Part shown: piece after piece, positions 1 through 7,837 of the stretch | How positions within the stretch are numbered: position 1 is the stretch's first letter | Layout of the letters: the number at the start of each line of letters is the position of its first letter | Source: Candidatus Falkowbacteria bacterium | GTDB taxonomy: Bacteria; Patescibacteriota; Patescibacteriia; UBA11705 | Length of the DNA stretch: 64,000 bases | Direction: 5' to 3' | Assembly: GCA_003518055.1 (NCBI GenBank) | Contig: DOZJ01000006.1 | Span: 136,912-200,911 of the forward strand | The notes under the pieces: generated by a model | Told to the model about the DNA's origin: nothing | The model's database searches: none | The model's input: only the letters and a program-made list of their open reading frames with translations | Program-made: the position numbers and the translations under genes

Positions 1-125
1 GGCGGGTAATTTGGGGATTAGGGCTTTTAATTACACGACATTTGAAGAAATGAGGAACAAGATTAGTGAATTAATTCGTAATTAGTTTTTGCGTCCTCCC
101 ACTAAAGTGGGCCAAAGTTTATTTT

Positions 126-1223
126 ATGGCAAAAGATTATTATAAAATATTGGGCGTGGAAAAAAACGCCAGTCAGGAAGAAATAAAAAAAGCTTTTCGG
201 AAAAAAGCTCATGAATTTCATCCAGACAAGCCGACCGGCGATGAAGCCAAGTTCAAAGAGGTAAATGAAGCTTACCAAATTCTTGGTAATGAAGAAAAAC
301 GAAAACAATTCGATCAGTTTGGAGATGCGGCTTTTTCCGGCCAGGGTTTTGGCGGCACGGGGATGAATTGGGATGACTTTAGGCGTCAGGCGCGGCAGGG
401 CGGCGGAGGGGCGCAAAACGTTAATTTTGATTTTGGGGATCTCGGAGATATATTTGGGGATATTTTTGGTTTTGGCGGGTCAAGACGCGGCGCGTCAAGG
501 GCCCAGCATGGAGCTGATATTCAAATGACGCTGAATTTGGAATTCAAAGAAGCGGTTTTTGGGGTAAAAAAAGATATCCGGGTGTCGCGGCACGTGAAAT
601 GTTCTCATTGTCATGGGAATATGGCGGAGCCGGGAACGCCGATCAAAACTTGCGGTACGTGCGGCGGCGCCGGCCAAGTGATTCAGATGCGCCGGACGAT
701 GCTCGGTCAATTTCAAACAGCGAGTGCGTGTCCGGAGTGCGGCGGTGAAGGCAAACTGGTTGAAACCAAATGTTCGGTTTGTTTTGGCGTTGGAGTGGTG
801 CAGGATGACAGCAGGCTTGATGTTTCAATTCCGGCCGGGGTGGAGAGCGGTATGACACTGCGAGTACCCGGACAAGCTCATGCCGGGATAAACGGCGGAC
901 AACCGGGAGATATATATTTGCAGCTTCGAGTGAAAAAAGATTTACGATTCACGCGTGATGGTTTTGATATTTTTGTTGAAAAAAATATTTCCATGGTTCA
1001 AGCGGCTTTGGGCAGTTCAATCGAGGTGGAAACATTGGAAGAGCCGATTGAATTAAAAATTCCGGCCGGCACCCAGCCGGATTCCAAGTTTCGATTAAAA
1101 AGTAAAGGGGTGCCAAAAATGAACACCGGCGGCCGCGGCGAGATGTATGTGGTGATAAAAGTGGAGGTTCCCAAACGATTAAGCCGGAAACAGAAAAAAA
1201 TCTTGGAGGAATTTGATGAATAA
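126..1223 (+). CDS. dnaJ: Molecular chaperone DnaJ
   Basis: N-terminal J domain (YYKILGV...HPDK), Gly/Phe-rich linker, four CxxCxGxG zinc-finger repeats and a C-terminal substrate-binding domain. 365 aa. Confidence 0.9.
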   Translation: MAKDYYKILGVEKNASQEEIKKAFRKKAHEFHPDKPTGDEAKFKEVNEAYQILGNEEKRKQFDQFGDAAFSGQGFGGTGMNWDDFRRQARQGGGGAQNVNFDFGDLGDIFGDIFGFGGSRRGASRAQHGADIQMTLNLEFKEAVFGVKKDIRVSRHVKCSHCHGNMAEPGTPIKTCGTCGGAGQVIQMRRTMLGQFQTASACPECGGEGKLVETKCSVCFGVGVVQDDSRLDVSIPAGVESGMTLRVPGQAHAGINGGQPGDIYLQLRVKKDLRFTRDGFDIFVEKNISMVQAALGSSIEVETLEEPIELKIPAGTQPDSKFRLKSKGVPKMNTGGRGEMYVVIKVEVPKRLSRKQKKILEEFDE

Positions 1224-1324
1224 GATGGGGTTGGTGGCTATTCTTGGTAACACAGAGCATGACGAGATTTTTTGGTTGTTCGGGGATAATGGTTTAATTT
1301 TATATTATAATTGGAAACTAAAAT

Positions 1325-1831
1325 ATGCCGGAAATAATCCTGTTGGCGGTGTGTGTGGCCTTGTTTGCTAAATATTTAATGCTCAACGCGCCGTTTGTGC
1401 CGACCCACAAAGTGGATTTGCAGCGAATTGGCGATATGGTTGAGCATTATGACATCAAACGATTGGTTGATTTAGGATCTGGCAACGGCCGGATAATCGG
1501 CTATTTGGCTAAAAGGTTTCCGGAAAGAAATTTCGCGGGGATTGAAATCGCGCCGCTGCTTTTTTCCCTGACCAAAATTCGGTTTTGGCGGATGAAAAAA
1601 ATAAAAATAATTTTGGGATCGGTTTTTAATCATGGTTGGCGTGATTATGACGCGATTTTTGTTTTTTGGATGCCAAAGGCGTTTGAAAAGAAAATTGAAA
1701 AAATAAAACAAAGACTGATTCAAGGACAGGTGGTGATTTCTTATGCTTTCCCCATTCCGGGGTTATCAGATCATTTGGTTGAAAAGAATGTTGAGGTCAA
1801 ACAGCTGCCGATTTATGTTTATAAAATATAG
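1325..1831 (+). CDS. Small class I SAM-dependent methyltransferase-like protein
   Basis: VDLGSGNGRIIGYL glycine-rich motif I. 168 aa. Confidence 0.45.
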   Translation: MPEIILLAVCVALFAKYLMLNAPFVPTHKVDLQRIGDMVEHYDIKRLVDLGSGNGRIIGYLAKRFPERNFAGIEIAPLLFSLTKIRFWRMKKIKIILGSVFNHGWRDYDAIFVFWMPKAFEKKIEKIKQRLIQGQVVISYAFPIPGLSDHLVEKNVEVKQLPIYVYKI

Positions 1832-1894
1832 GAAGGAGAGGGGGAAAGGGGGCGGAAGAGGGCAGGAGGGGGCGGAAGAAAATATAAAAAAAGA

Positions 1895-1922
1895 CTCACA
1901 TTGATATGTGAGATTTTATTTT
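1895..1922. terminator. Bidirectional rho-independent terminator between convergent genes
   Basis: Perfect hairpin CTCACAT-TGAT-ATGTGAG, with an A-run upstream and a T-run downstream. Confidence 0.5.
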
Positions 1923-2482
1923 CGGTATTGGTCGTAAATTTCTCGAATCAGCTCATCGGCTTCGGCCGGTGATTCGATGTATTGGAATTTGATGGCGGTG
2001 TTGAAGCCGGGGGCGATAAAGAAAGCCATTTCGGTGTGTTCACCGTGTTCGGTGTTGAGAATCAGGCGCGGCGTCATGCCTTGGGGTGTCTGATTGAGCT
2101 GGATGCGGGGAATAAATCCATGATCATCGGTCCAGACATTCTGAATCAAGAGATCGCAGATCACTGCGTCGCCCGGTTCGGCGTCGCCAAAGAAAGTCCA
2201 TTTCACGACCATATGTTTGCCGGTCAACTCCAAAACTTTTTTGGTGTGGGTAATCCAGCGAATGACCGGTTTCCCACTGGCAGTTTTCCCCTTTTCAACC
2301 CGGGCGTAGGGGTCATCTTCGTTTGGGATATAAAGGAAAACGCGTTTGATTGAGAATAAATTATGGATTTCCCTGCCGTTTGTTGGCGGCTGGCCGTCAA
2401 CTTCTTCGCCCGTTGGTTCAACCACAACGTCATCCATGGCACCGTTGTCTTCAAAATCATTCTGATCGGATACACCAGACAT
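1916..2482 (-). CDS. Hypothetical protein (moderately GC-enriched)
   Basis: 188-aa ORF with RBS AGGAGT 8 nt upstream of the ATG. GC is visibly higher than in neighbouring genes. No recognisable domain. Confidence 0.45.
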   Translation of the reverse strand: MSGVSDQNDFEDNGAMDDVVVEPTGEEVDGQPPTNGREIHNLFSIKRVFLYIPNEDDPYARVEKGKTASGKPVIRWITHTKKVLELTGKHMVVKWTFFGDAEPGDAVICDLLIQNVWTDDHGFIPRIQLNQTPQGMTPRLILNTEHGEHTEMAFFIAPGFNTAIKFQYIESPAEADELIREIYDQYRK

Positions 2483-2699
2483 TTGATTACTCCTATGGTT
2501 GGGGCAAATTGTCCCGAGGAGATCTCGGGATAAAAGGAACGGTTCAATATATTATAGTGAGCCAGGCGGGCTTTTGTCAAGGGGGCTTGCGGGTTTACGG
2601 GTATTTTGGAAATTACGGAAATTTCGGAAATAAGAAGGGGTTTTGGTTAAAGTAAACACTTGTAGTATTCGTAATCATTCGTAAATTTGCAATATAAAA

Positions 2700-2736
2700 A
2701 AAACCGCTCACTATTTAGGTGAGTCGGCGGGTAAGT
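2700..2736 (-). terminator. Rho-independent terminator of the GC-rich minus-strand gene
   Basis: Minus-strand reading CCGACTCAC-CTAAATA-GTGAGCGG followed by TTTTTTT. Confidence 0.5.
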
Positions 2737-2796
2737 TCACGTTGTGAGCTTTTTGGGATTGCCTCAGGTTTGAGGCTGTGGGGGAGTGCGGTCTTG

Positions 2797-3486
2797 CTAG
2801 CCGCGGCGCTGGACGGTCGGCTCTCGGTGGGAGTCCGCGAGGAGCGTCCGGAGGTTGACCGTGGGCGGGTTGAGCTCGCGCTGCTTCTGGTACTCCTCCT
2901 CCTCGGCGTCCTTGCGGGCGCGGAAGCAGGTGGGGCAGCAGATCGGCTCGCACTTGGCCTTCTCGCGGAGCTCGGTCGGGGTGAGGGTGTTCTGGAAGCT
3001 GCCCGGGCAGTCGTCGGCCTCGTGCACCTCGCACACGTGGGTGTGGAGAGCCTTGAACTTCAGGTTCTTGCGGCCGCCGAGCGCGATGTTGCCGCTGGCG
3101 TTGTCCTCGACGACCACCATCTTGGTGGTGGGGACGACGTTCGGCGTCTCGATCAGGTTGACGTAGCGGACGTCGCCGTGCGCCGTGGACTTCTCGTAGA
3201 CACGGACCGTGCAGACCGCGGTGCGGCCGGCGAGCAGCTTGCCGAAGAGGAAGTAGTTGATCACCAGCGTCTTGCCGGTCTTTTCCAGCAGATGGCGGGT
3301 CAGGCCGACCCACTGGAGATGCGGCGGGATCGGGGTGCCGTCGGGCAGGGTGGCGTCGGTGACGACGCGCACCGGCTGCTGATTGGGCATCAGCTCGGGG
3401 ACGCTGATCTGAACGGCGTGCTTCTCGTAGATGAGGTCGTGAGGGATGTTCTCGGGGTAGGTGTAGGGGCTCTGGAGCTCGCTCAT
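2797..3486 (-). CDS. Hypothetical Cys-rich protein in a high-GC (~65%) island
   Basis: Of three overlapping ORFs in the GC-rich block, this frame has protein-like composition, RBS GGAGGA before the ATG (MSELQSPYT...), its own terminator and a consensus promoter. C-terminal CxxxxC/CCPTC cysteine cluster. The other two frames are Ala/Arg/Gly/Leu-rich antisense artefacts. Confidence 0.55.
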   Translation of the reverse strand: MSELQSPYTYPENIPHDLIYEKHAVQISVPELMPNQQPVRVVTDATLPDGTPIPPHLQWVGLTRHLLEKTGKTLVINYFLFGKLLAGRTAVCTVRVYEKSTAHGDVRYVNLIETPNVVPTTKMVVVEDNASGNIALGGRKNLKFKALHTHVCEVHEADDCPGSFQNTLTPTELREKAKCEPICCPTCFRARKDAEEEEYQKQRELNPPTVNLRTLLADSHREPTVQRRG

Positions 3487-3564
3487 CGGATCCTCCGTAA
3501 AATGGCCCGTTTGGGCGTCATGTGGCGGCAATGCGCCGCGGGGATGGAATGTACAGTATTAAGC

Positions 3565-3593
3565 ATTATATCATATTTTTGACAAAAAGTCAA
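3565..3593 (-). promoter_or_regulatory. Sigma70-type promoter TTGACT-17-TATAAT for the GC-rich gene
   Basis: Minus-strand reading TTGACTttttgtcaaaaatatgaTATAAT. Lies directly downstream of repeat copy L. Confidence 0.5.
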
Positions 3594-3600
3594 TAGTTGG

Positions 3601-3652
3601 GGGTCGGGGGTAGGGTTTAGGGAACCATTGTGATGATTTTTGCCTAAAATAA
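3601..3652. repeat. Promoter-proximal repeat copy L (GGGTAGGGTTTAGGGA...TTGTGATGATTTTTGCCTAAAAT)
   Basis: About 50-nt near-identical copy of the sequence at 4033-4084. Each copy sits just upstream (minus sense) of a consensus promoter. Confidence 0.6.
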
Positions 3653-3653
3653 A

Positions 3654-3682
3654 ATAAAAAAATCGGCTAGATTTCTAGCCGA
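3654..3682 (-). terminator. Terminator of small membrane protein A
   Basis: Perfect hairpin CGGCTAGAAATCTAGCCG followed by a T7 run on the minus strand. Confidence 0.6.
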
Positions 3683-3692
3683 GAGGTGGGCT

Positions 3693-3962
3693 TCAGACTC
3701 GCCATTTGAGTCGATTGAATCTTGAGTGATTCGAGCGAAAGATAAAGAGTTCCCAGCTAAATACCAGCAGCGGTGGATTGATTAGCCAGATAGCTTTACT
3801 GCTGACGGCAAAGGCAATGACATCGATGACTCCGAGTAGAATTACGTTGGCCCAATAGAAGGTGAAAAAGGTGTTTTGGGTCCAGTGATAGGCGAGAGCC
3901 AGCTTCAACCAAACCACAAACAGAACTACAAGAAACAAATGCAGGCCAAGTAGAATGGTCAT
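3693..3962 (-). CDS. Small integral membrane protein A, with basic/aromatic C-terminal tail
   Basis: 89 aa, 2-3 predicted TM helices. RBS GGAGGAACC before the ATG. Consensus promoter and perfect terminator. Paralogous to the 5678..5932 product. Confidence 0.5.
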   Translation of the reverse strand: MTILLGLHLFLVVLFVVWLKLALAYHWTQNTFFTFYWANVILLGVIDVIAFAVSSKAIWLINPPLLVFSWELFIFRSNHSRFNRLKWRV

Positions 3963-4002
3963 GGTTCCTCCATCGTGGTTTAACTGTGGAATTGTATATT
4001 AT

Positions 4003-4031
4003 ATTATATCAATAATATTTTCTTTTGTCAA
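4003..4031 (-). promoter_or_regulatory. Consensus sigma70 promoter TTGACA-17-TATAAT for membrane protein A
   Basis: Minus-strand reading TTGACAaaagaaaatattattgaTATAAT. Confidence 0.55.
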
Positions 4032-4032
4032 T

Positions 4033-4084
4033 GGTAGCGGGTAGGGTTTAAGGGAGAGTTGTGATGATTTTTGGCTAAAAATTT
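4033..4084. repeat. Promoter-proximal repeat copy R
   Basis: GGGTAGGGTTTAAGGGAGAGTTGTGATGATTTTTGGCTAAAAA, a near copy of 3601-3652. Confidence 0.6.
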
Positions 4085-4099
4085 GGTGTTTTATTTACT

Positions 4100-4133
4100 C
4101 CCGTAGTGGTCGGTCGCGACCGACCACTACGGG
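4100..4133. promoter_or_regulatory. Perfect 34-bp palindrome CCCGTAGTGGTCGGTCG|CGACCGACCACTACGGG
   Basis: Exact dyad symmetry and GC-rich. Immediately upstream of the dus promoter. No flanking T-run, so it is probably not a simple terminator and may be an operator. Confidence 0.45.
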
Positions 4134-4143
4134 GATAGTTGAA

Positions 4144-4172
4144 TTGAATTTTTGGGGAAATTTGGATATAAT
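4144..4172 (+). promoter_or_regulatory. Promoter TTGAAT-17-TATAAT for dus
   Basis: TTGAATttttggggaaatttggaTATAAT. Confidence 0.45.
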
Positions 4173-4218
4173 TGTTAAATAATGAAGAATGTTCATGTAC
4201 TAAATAACAGTCGGAAGG

Positions 4219-4246
4219 TTACCCTTCGAGAACCTCAGGGTGACAA
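4219..4246. repeat. Hairpin repeat H1 (CCCTTCGAG-N-CTCAGGGTGACAA)
   Basis: Same about 28-nt imperfect-hairpin motif recurs at 4708-4737 (inside dus) and, reverse-complemented, at 49881-49910. Confidence 0.55.
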
Positions 4247-4274
4247 GAAGTAAAGGTGGTACAGAAAATGTTTT

Positions 4275-5243
4275 ATGAAAACTTTTTGGGACAAACTACC
4301 GCGGCCGTTTTTGGCCTTGGCGCCGATGGCGGGAATTTCAGATTCGGCTTTTAGACAGATGTGCTTGAAATACGGCGCTGATGTTGTTTATACTGAAATG
4401 ACGGCATTTGATGCGCTGCATTATGGCAGCGCAAAGACGCTTGAAATGTTGAAATTCAATAAACGCAAAGAGCGACCGATTGTTATTCAGCTTTTTGGTA
4501 AACGGCCGGAGACTGTTAAAAAAGCCGTGGAGATGGTTGAAACGGCCGGATTTGACGGGATTGATATTAATTTTGGCTGTCCGGCCAGAAAAGTGGTAGC
4601 GCATGGCGGCGGCATTACACTCCTGCGAGATTTGAATTTGGCGCGCGAGATGGTGCAAGCGGTCACAGAAGCGGCGACGGTTCCGGTGTCAGTTAAAACC
4701 AGAACGTCTATCCTTCGAGTGACTCAGGTTGACAAAAGGGTAACTGTGTTTGATTTTATTGATAAAATAAAAGATTTGCCGGTAAAAGCGCTCATGATTC
4801 ATGGGCGCAGTTATGAGGGTGGATTTTCTGCTCCGATTGATTTTGACGTGATTAAACAAGTAAAGGAAACATTTAACGGCGTGGTCATCGGCAATGGCGG
4901 CATCAATACGCCGGAGCAAGCGATGGAGATGTTGAATAAAACCGGTGTTGACGGTTTGGGTTTGGCGCGAGGTCTTTATGGTCGACCGTATTTGTTTCAG
5001 CAAGCCAAGGAATATTTAAATAAAGGAAAATACAAAGAAGTAACATTAAAACAAATAAAAAAAATTGCGGTTGAGCACACGGAGTTATTGGCGGAATTGA
5101 AGGGAGAGTCAGGGATGTTTGAAATTCGGAAACATTTGTTGTGGTATTTCCGAGGGTTTCCAAATGCAGCGGAATGGCGGCAAAAGTTGGTCCGGGTGGA
5201 AAGTGTGGATGAGGTGGAGGGAATATTAAAAACGATGGTGTAA
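4275..5243 (+). CDS. dus: tRNA-dihydrouridine synthase (Dus family)
   Basis: LAPMAGISD...QLFG...GFDGIDINFGCP...IHGRS motifs of FMN-dependent Dus enzymes. 322 aa. Contains in-frame hairpin-repeat copy H2. Confidence 0.8.
   Translation: MKTFWDKLPRPFLALAPMAGISDSAFRQMCLKYGADVVYTEMTAFDALHYGSAKTLEMLKFNKRKERPIVIQLFGKRPETVKKAVEMVETAGFDGIDINFGCPARKVVAHGGGITLLRDLNLAREMVQAVTEAATVPVSVKTRTSILRVTQVDKRVTVFDFIDKIKDLPVKALMIHGRSYEGGFSAPIDFDVIKQVKETFNGVVIGNGGINTPEQAMEMLNKTGVDGLGLARGLYGRPYLFQQAKEYLNKGKYKEVTLKQIKKIAVEHTELLAELKGESGMFEIRKHLLWYFRGFPNAAEWRQKLVRVESVDEVEGILKTMV
4708..4737. repeat. Hairpin repeat H2 inside the dus coding region
   Basis: ATCCTTCGAGTGACTCAGGTTGACAAAAG. Matches H1 and H3. Sits in frame (encodes ...SILRVTQVDKR...). 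Confidence 0.45.
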
Positions 5244-5352
5244 CTGGAATTACAAAAGTTTGGCGGGTAGGTTGGTTTTACAAAAGGACACAATAACCGC
5301 TGAAGTGTGATAGTTGGTGATTTTTACAAAAATTTGGCGGGGTAACTGGAAC

Positions 5353-5490
5353 TACCCACCTACGCTCTTACTTCCACCTACGCATAACGCTTATGCCTTC
5401 GCTAAAGCTATGGCATACAGGTCGGTGGACAGGGCGTAGAGCTACGGCGCCTGCCTGCCGGGAGGCAGGGGCGCGGCGGAAGTAACGAGG
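5353..5490. repeat. GC-rich dispersed repeat R1 (CCCACCTACGC / GCTAAAGC / CGGCGGGCAGG family)
   Basis: Shares the CCCACCTACG, GCTAAAGC and CCTGCCGGGAGGCAGG/CGGCGGGCAGGC cores with copies at 9570-9690, 38322-38440 and 49880-50021. Here it is frameshifted and non-coding. Confidence 0.6.
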
Positions 5491-5555
5491 GAAGAGTAAA
5501 GAGTAAAGAGGGATCGAAGATTGGTTGACTGTTAACTCGCCACTGATAATTTTTT

Positions 5556-5600
5556 TAAAAGACAAGACCCCCGGACCGTAGTCTCGGGGGCAGAACGTGG
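5556..5600 (-). terminator. Terminator of small membrane protein B
   Basis: Minus-strand reading CCCCCGAGACTACGGTCCGGGGG followed by a T-rich tract. Confidence 0.4.
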
Positions 5601-5677
5601 CCTTTGGCCAGCGTGGGTTTGATGGGATTATCCGTGGACGTGCCTGTTGGCGGGATGGTAGGGGGGGGCTGTGAGTT

Positions 5678-5932
5678 TCAGCGGATCAGATTTCTTATCC
5701 ATCGGCCGAAATAGCGGATGATTTCCCAAAGCGAACGAAAGAACAATTCTATAAACCAGAATACCACACGAAACGGCAACAAGGCAACAAAGACAAATGA
5801 ATTGCTGGCATGCTTCTTGATTTTTTTCCAGTTTTTCTCGCCCATGATCGGACGAAAGATAAAGGCGACGCCGACCAGAATCAGGTAGTAGGCGATAATA
5901 CGCCAAGCAAGAAACTGCCATTCGTTGGTCAT
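5678..5932 (-). CDS. Small integral membrane protein B (paralog of A)
   Basis: Start MTNEWQ with RBS GGAGGAACC. TM helices and a basic aromatic C-terminal tail (WEIIRYFGRWIRNLIR). Alignable with protein A (TQNTFFTFYWANVILLGV versus TNEWQFLAWRIIAYYLILVGV). Confidence 0.5.
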   Translation of the reverse strand: MTNEWQFLAWRIIAYYLILVGVAFIFRPIMGEKNWKKIKKHASNSFVFVALLPFRVVFWFIELFFRSLWEIIRYFGRWIRNLIR

Positions 5933-5957
5933 GGTTCCTCCTAGATTAGAATGTGTT

Positions 5958-5986
5958 ATTTTATCATATAATAATAATTTTGTCAA
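5958..5986 (-). promoter_or_regulatory. Promoter TTGACA-17-TAAAAT for membrane protein B
   Basis: Minus-strand reading TTGACAaaattattattatatgaTAAAAT. Confidence 0.45.
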
Positions 5987-6103
5987 ATGAGCGTGGGCTT
6001 AGACTGATTTACATTTTGGGATTTGACTGGTACAATAATCGTGAGTAATCTCGGGTAATTTTCAGGTAATAATCATTGTTTACAGAAAAAAATATAAATT
6101 AAT

Positions 6104-6823
6104 ATGAAAACAAAAACGACAACGAAAACCGGCAGTGATGAAGCGGAAAAATTAAAAAAAGACATTGTTGATGAAAATTCAGAATTGGATACAGGTTCAG
6201 AGACAATCGCTGATGAGGAGATTGAATCTGACGATGAAGATGAAGTGACAGCCAAAAAGCCCGACGGGGTTAAAAGATCAATAAAGGAAGATATCCTTTC
6301 GGTTTTGCCGCCGATTAAAGAGGTGGGAGCACCGGCCGGAGTAGTTGAAGTCAAGGAAAAAACAACCGAAGCATTGGAACAAGAAAAATTGGCATTGGAA
6401 AAAGAGCGGGAGGCGGTAAAAAAAGAAATTGAAGCTGACAAGGAAGATCTGGGTACGGTAGCGTCAGCGGCGGTCGCGGCGGCCACTCAGGACAAAAAAA
6501 ATCCAGTAATGGTGGAAGTGGAGGGAGTGCTGGAAGATGGTCTGGATCCTTATTTTTTGAAAATGACCCCGGCGGAAAAAGCTGAGTTCAAAAAAGTCGG
6601 CGAGGAAACGGCCGGCAAGGTAATGACGCTGTTGAAGGAAACAAAAGTAAAAGTGGTGAAAATTTTGGAATTGATTGCCAACTGGCTCAAAATGATTCCC
6701 GGAGTAAATAAATATTTTTTGGAGCAGGAGAGCAAGATTAAAACTGATACATTATTAAAAATGAAAGAGGAGGGGATGTTTGACCAGCCAGAGGCTCAAA
6801 CGGATGAAAACAAAATCAGCTAA
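6104..6823 (+). CDS. Highly acidic coiled-coil protein, first gene of the mreB operon
   Basis: 239 aa, Asp/Glu/Lys-rich, low complexity. Stop lies 2 nt before the mreB start. Confidence 0.45.
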   Translation: MKTKTTTKTGSDEAEKLKKDIVDENSELDTGSETIADEEIESDDEDEVTAKKPDGVKRSIKEDILSVLPPIKEVGAPAGVVEVKEKTTEALEQEKLALEKEREAVKKEIEADKEDLGTVASAAVAAATQDKKNPVMVEVEGVLEDGLDPYFLKMTPAEKAEFKKVGEETAGKVMTLLKETKVKVVKILELIANWLKMIPGVNKYFLEQESKIKTDTLLKMKEEGMFDQPEAQTDENKIS

Positions 6824-6825
6824 TT

Positions 6826-7833
6826 ATGTTTATCAAGAAAATTGGTATTGACCTTGGTACGACTTACACCCTCGTGCATTTACCGAAAAAGGGAATCGTG
6901 ATCAATGAACCGTCAGTAGTGGCGGTTTCGATTACGGACAAAAAAATTCTGGCGGTTGGTGATGAAGCGAAAGAGATGATCGGGCGCACACCCGAATCGA
7001 TTATCGCCTCGCGGCCGCTCAAAGACGGCGTGATTGCCGATTATAAAGCAACGGAGGCGATGCTTCGTTATTTTATTAATAAAGCACTTGGCGGAATTAA
7101 ACTGTTTCGACCGGAGGTGATGGTGGCGGTGCCGGCCGGAATCACTTCAACTGAACGTAGAGCGGTGATTGACGCGACAATCGCGGCCGGCGCGAGGGCG
7201 GCGTATATTATCAAAGAGCCGATCGCAGCGGCCATCGGCGCCAATATTCCGATTGGGACGGCCAGCGGTCATATGATTATCGATATCGGCGGTGGCACTA
7301 GCGAAATCGCAGTTATTTCACTTGGCGGTATTGTGGCGGCCAAGTCGGTTCGTATCGGCGGCAATCGGTTTGATAATGCCATTTCCGAGTTTATTAGACG
7401 AAAATACGGGTTGGCGGTAGGCGAGCGAACCGCGGAAAATATTAAAATTGAAATTGGCAGCGCGCTTTACGCCGAGGATCCGGATATTATGGATATCCGC
7501 GGCCGAGATATGATCAGCGGTTTGCCGAAAACGGTTAGCATTACGTCAAATGATGTGACTGAAGCGCTGCAGAAAGATTTGGAAGGAGTAATTCAGGCAG
7601 TCAAAGAGGTGTTGAATCAGACGCCGCCGGAGCTGTCAGCCGATGTGATTGATAAGGGAATTATCATGTCCGGCGGCGGCAGCCTGCTGCGCAATATTGA
7701 TCAATTGATTTCCCGCGCCATCGGCGTGCCGGTTTACGTGGCGGATGATTCTCTACTCTGCGTGGCCAAAGGTACGGGGATTGCGCTTGATAATTTGGAG
7801 ACTTATAAGCGGTCGATTTTGGCGACGCGATAG
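6826..7833 (+). CDS. mreB: Rod-shape-determining actin homolog MreB
   Basis: Collinear with bacterial MreB throughout (IGIDLGTTYT..., NEPSVVA, DIGGGTSEIAVIS, GGGSLL motifs). 335 aa. Confidence 0.9.
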   Translation: MFIKKIGIDLGTTYTLVHLPKKGIVINEPSVVAVSITDKKILAVGDEAKEMIGRTPESIIASRPLKDGVIADYKATEAMLRYFINKALGGIKLFRPEVMVAVPAGITSTERRAVIDATIAAGARAAYIIKEPIAAAIGANIPIGTASGHMIIDIGGGTSEIAVISLGGIVAAKSVRIGGNRFDNAISEFIRRKYGLAVGERTAENIKIEIGSALYAEDPDIMDIRGRDMISGLPKTVSITSNDVTEALQKDLEGVIQAVKEVLNQTPPELSADVIDKGIIMSGGGSLLRNIDQLISRAIGVPVYVADDSLLCVAKGTGIALDNLETYKRSILATR

Positions 7834-7837
7834 TTTT

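Noticed and set aside
1-125. Possible CIRCE/HrcA operator upstream of dnaJ (hairpin CCCACTAAAGTGGG at about 100)
   Set aside because: It does not match the TTAGCACTC-N9-GAGTGCTAA consensus. It is only a 5-bp stem.
2711-3582. ORFs 2719..3582 (+, 287 aa) and 2711..3313 (-, 200 aa) inside the GC-rich block
   Set aside because: Their translations are Ala/Arg/Gly/Leu/Val-rich with no sequence complexity, typical of out-of-frame or antisense reading of a GC-rich gene. The 2797..3486 minus-frame has protein-like composition plus an RBS, promoter and terminator.
5368-5565. ORF 5368..5565 (-, 65 aa) and other short ORFs across repeat R1
   Set aside because: They lie within the GC-rich repeat copy and have no RBS. 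They are a by-product of repeat sequence composition.
7745-7837. Upstream extension of the HEPN-like ORF overlapping the mreB 3' end
   Set aside because: It overlaps mreB in another frame. The ATG at 7838 follows the mreB stop by 4 nt and gives a sensible N-terminus.
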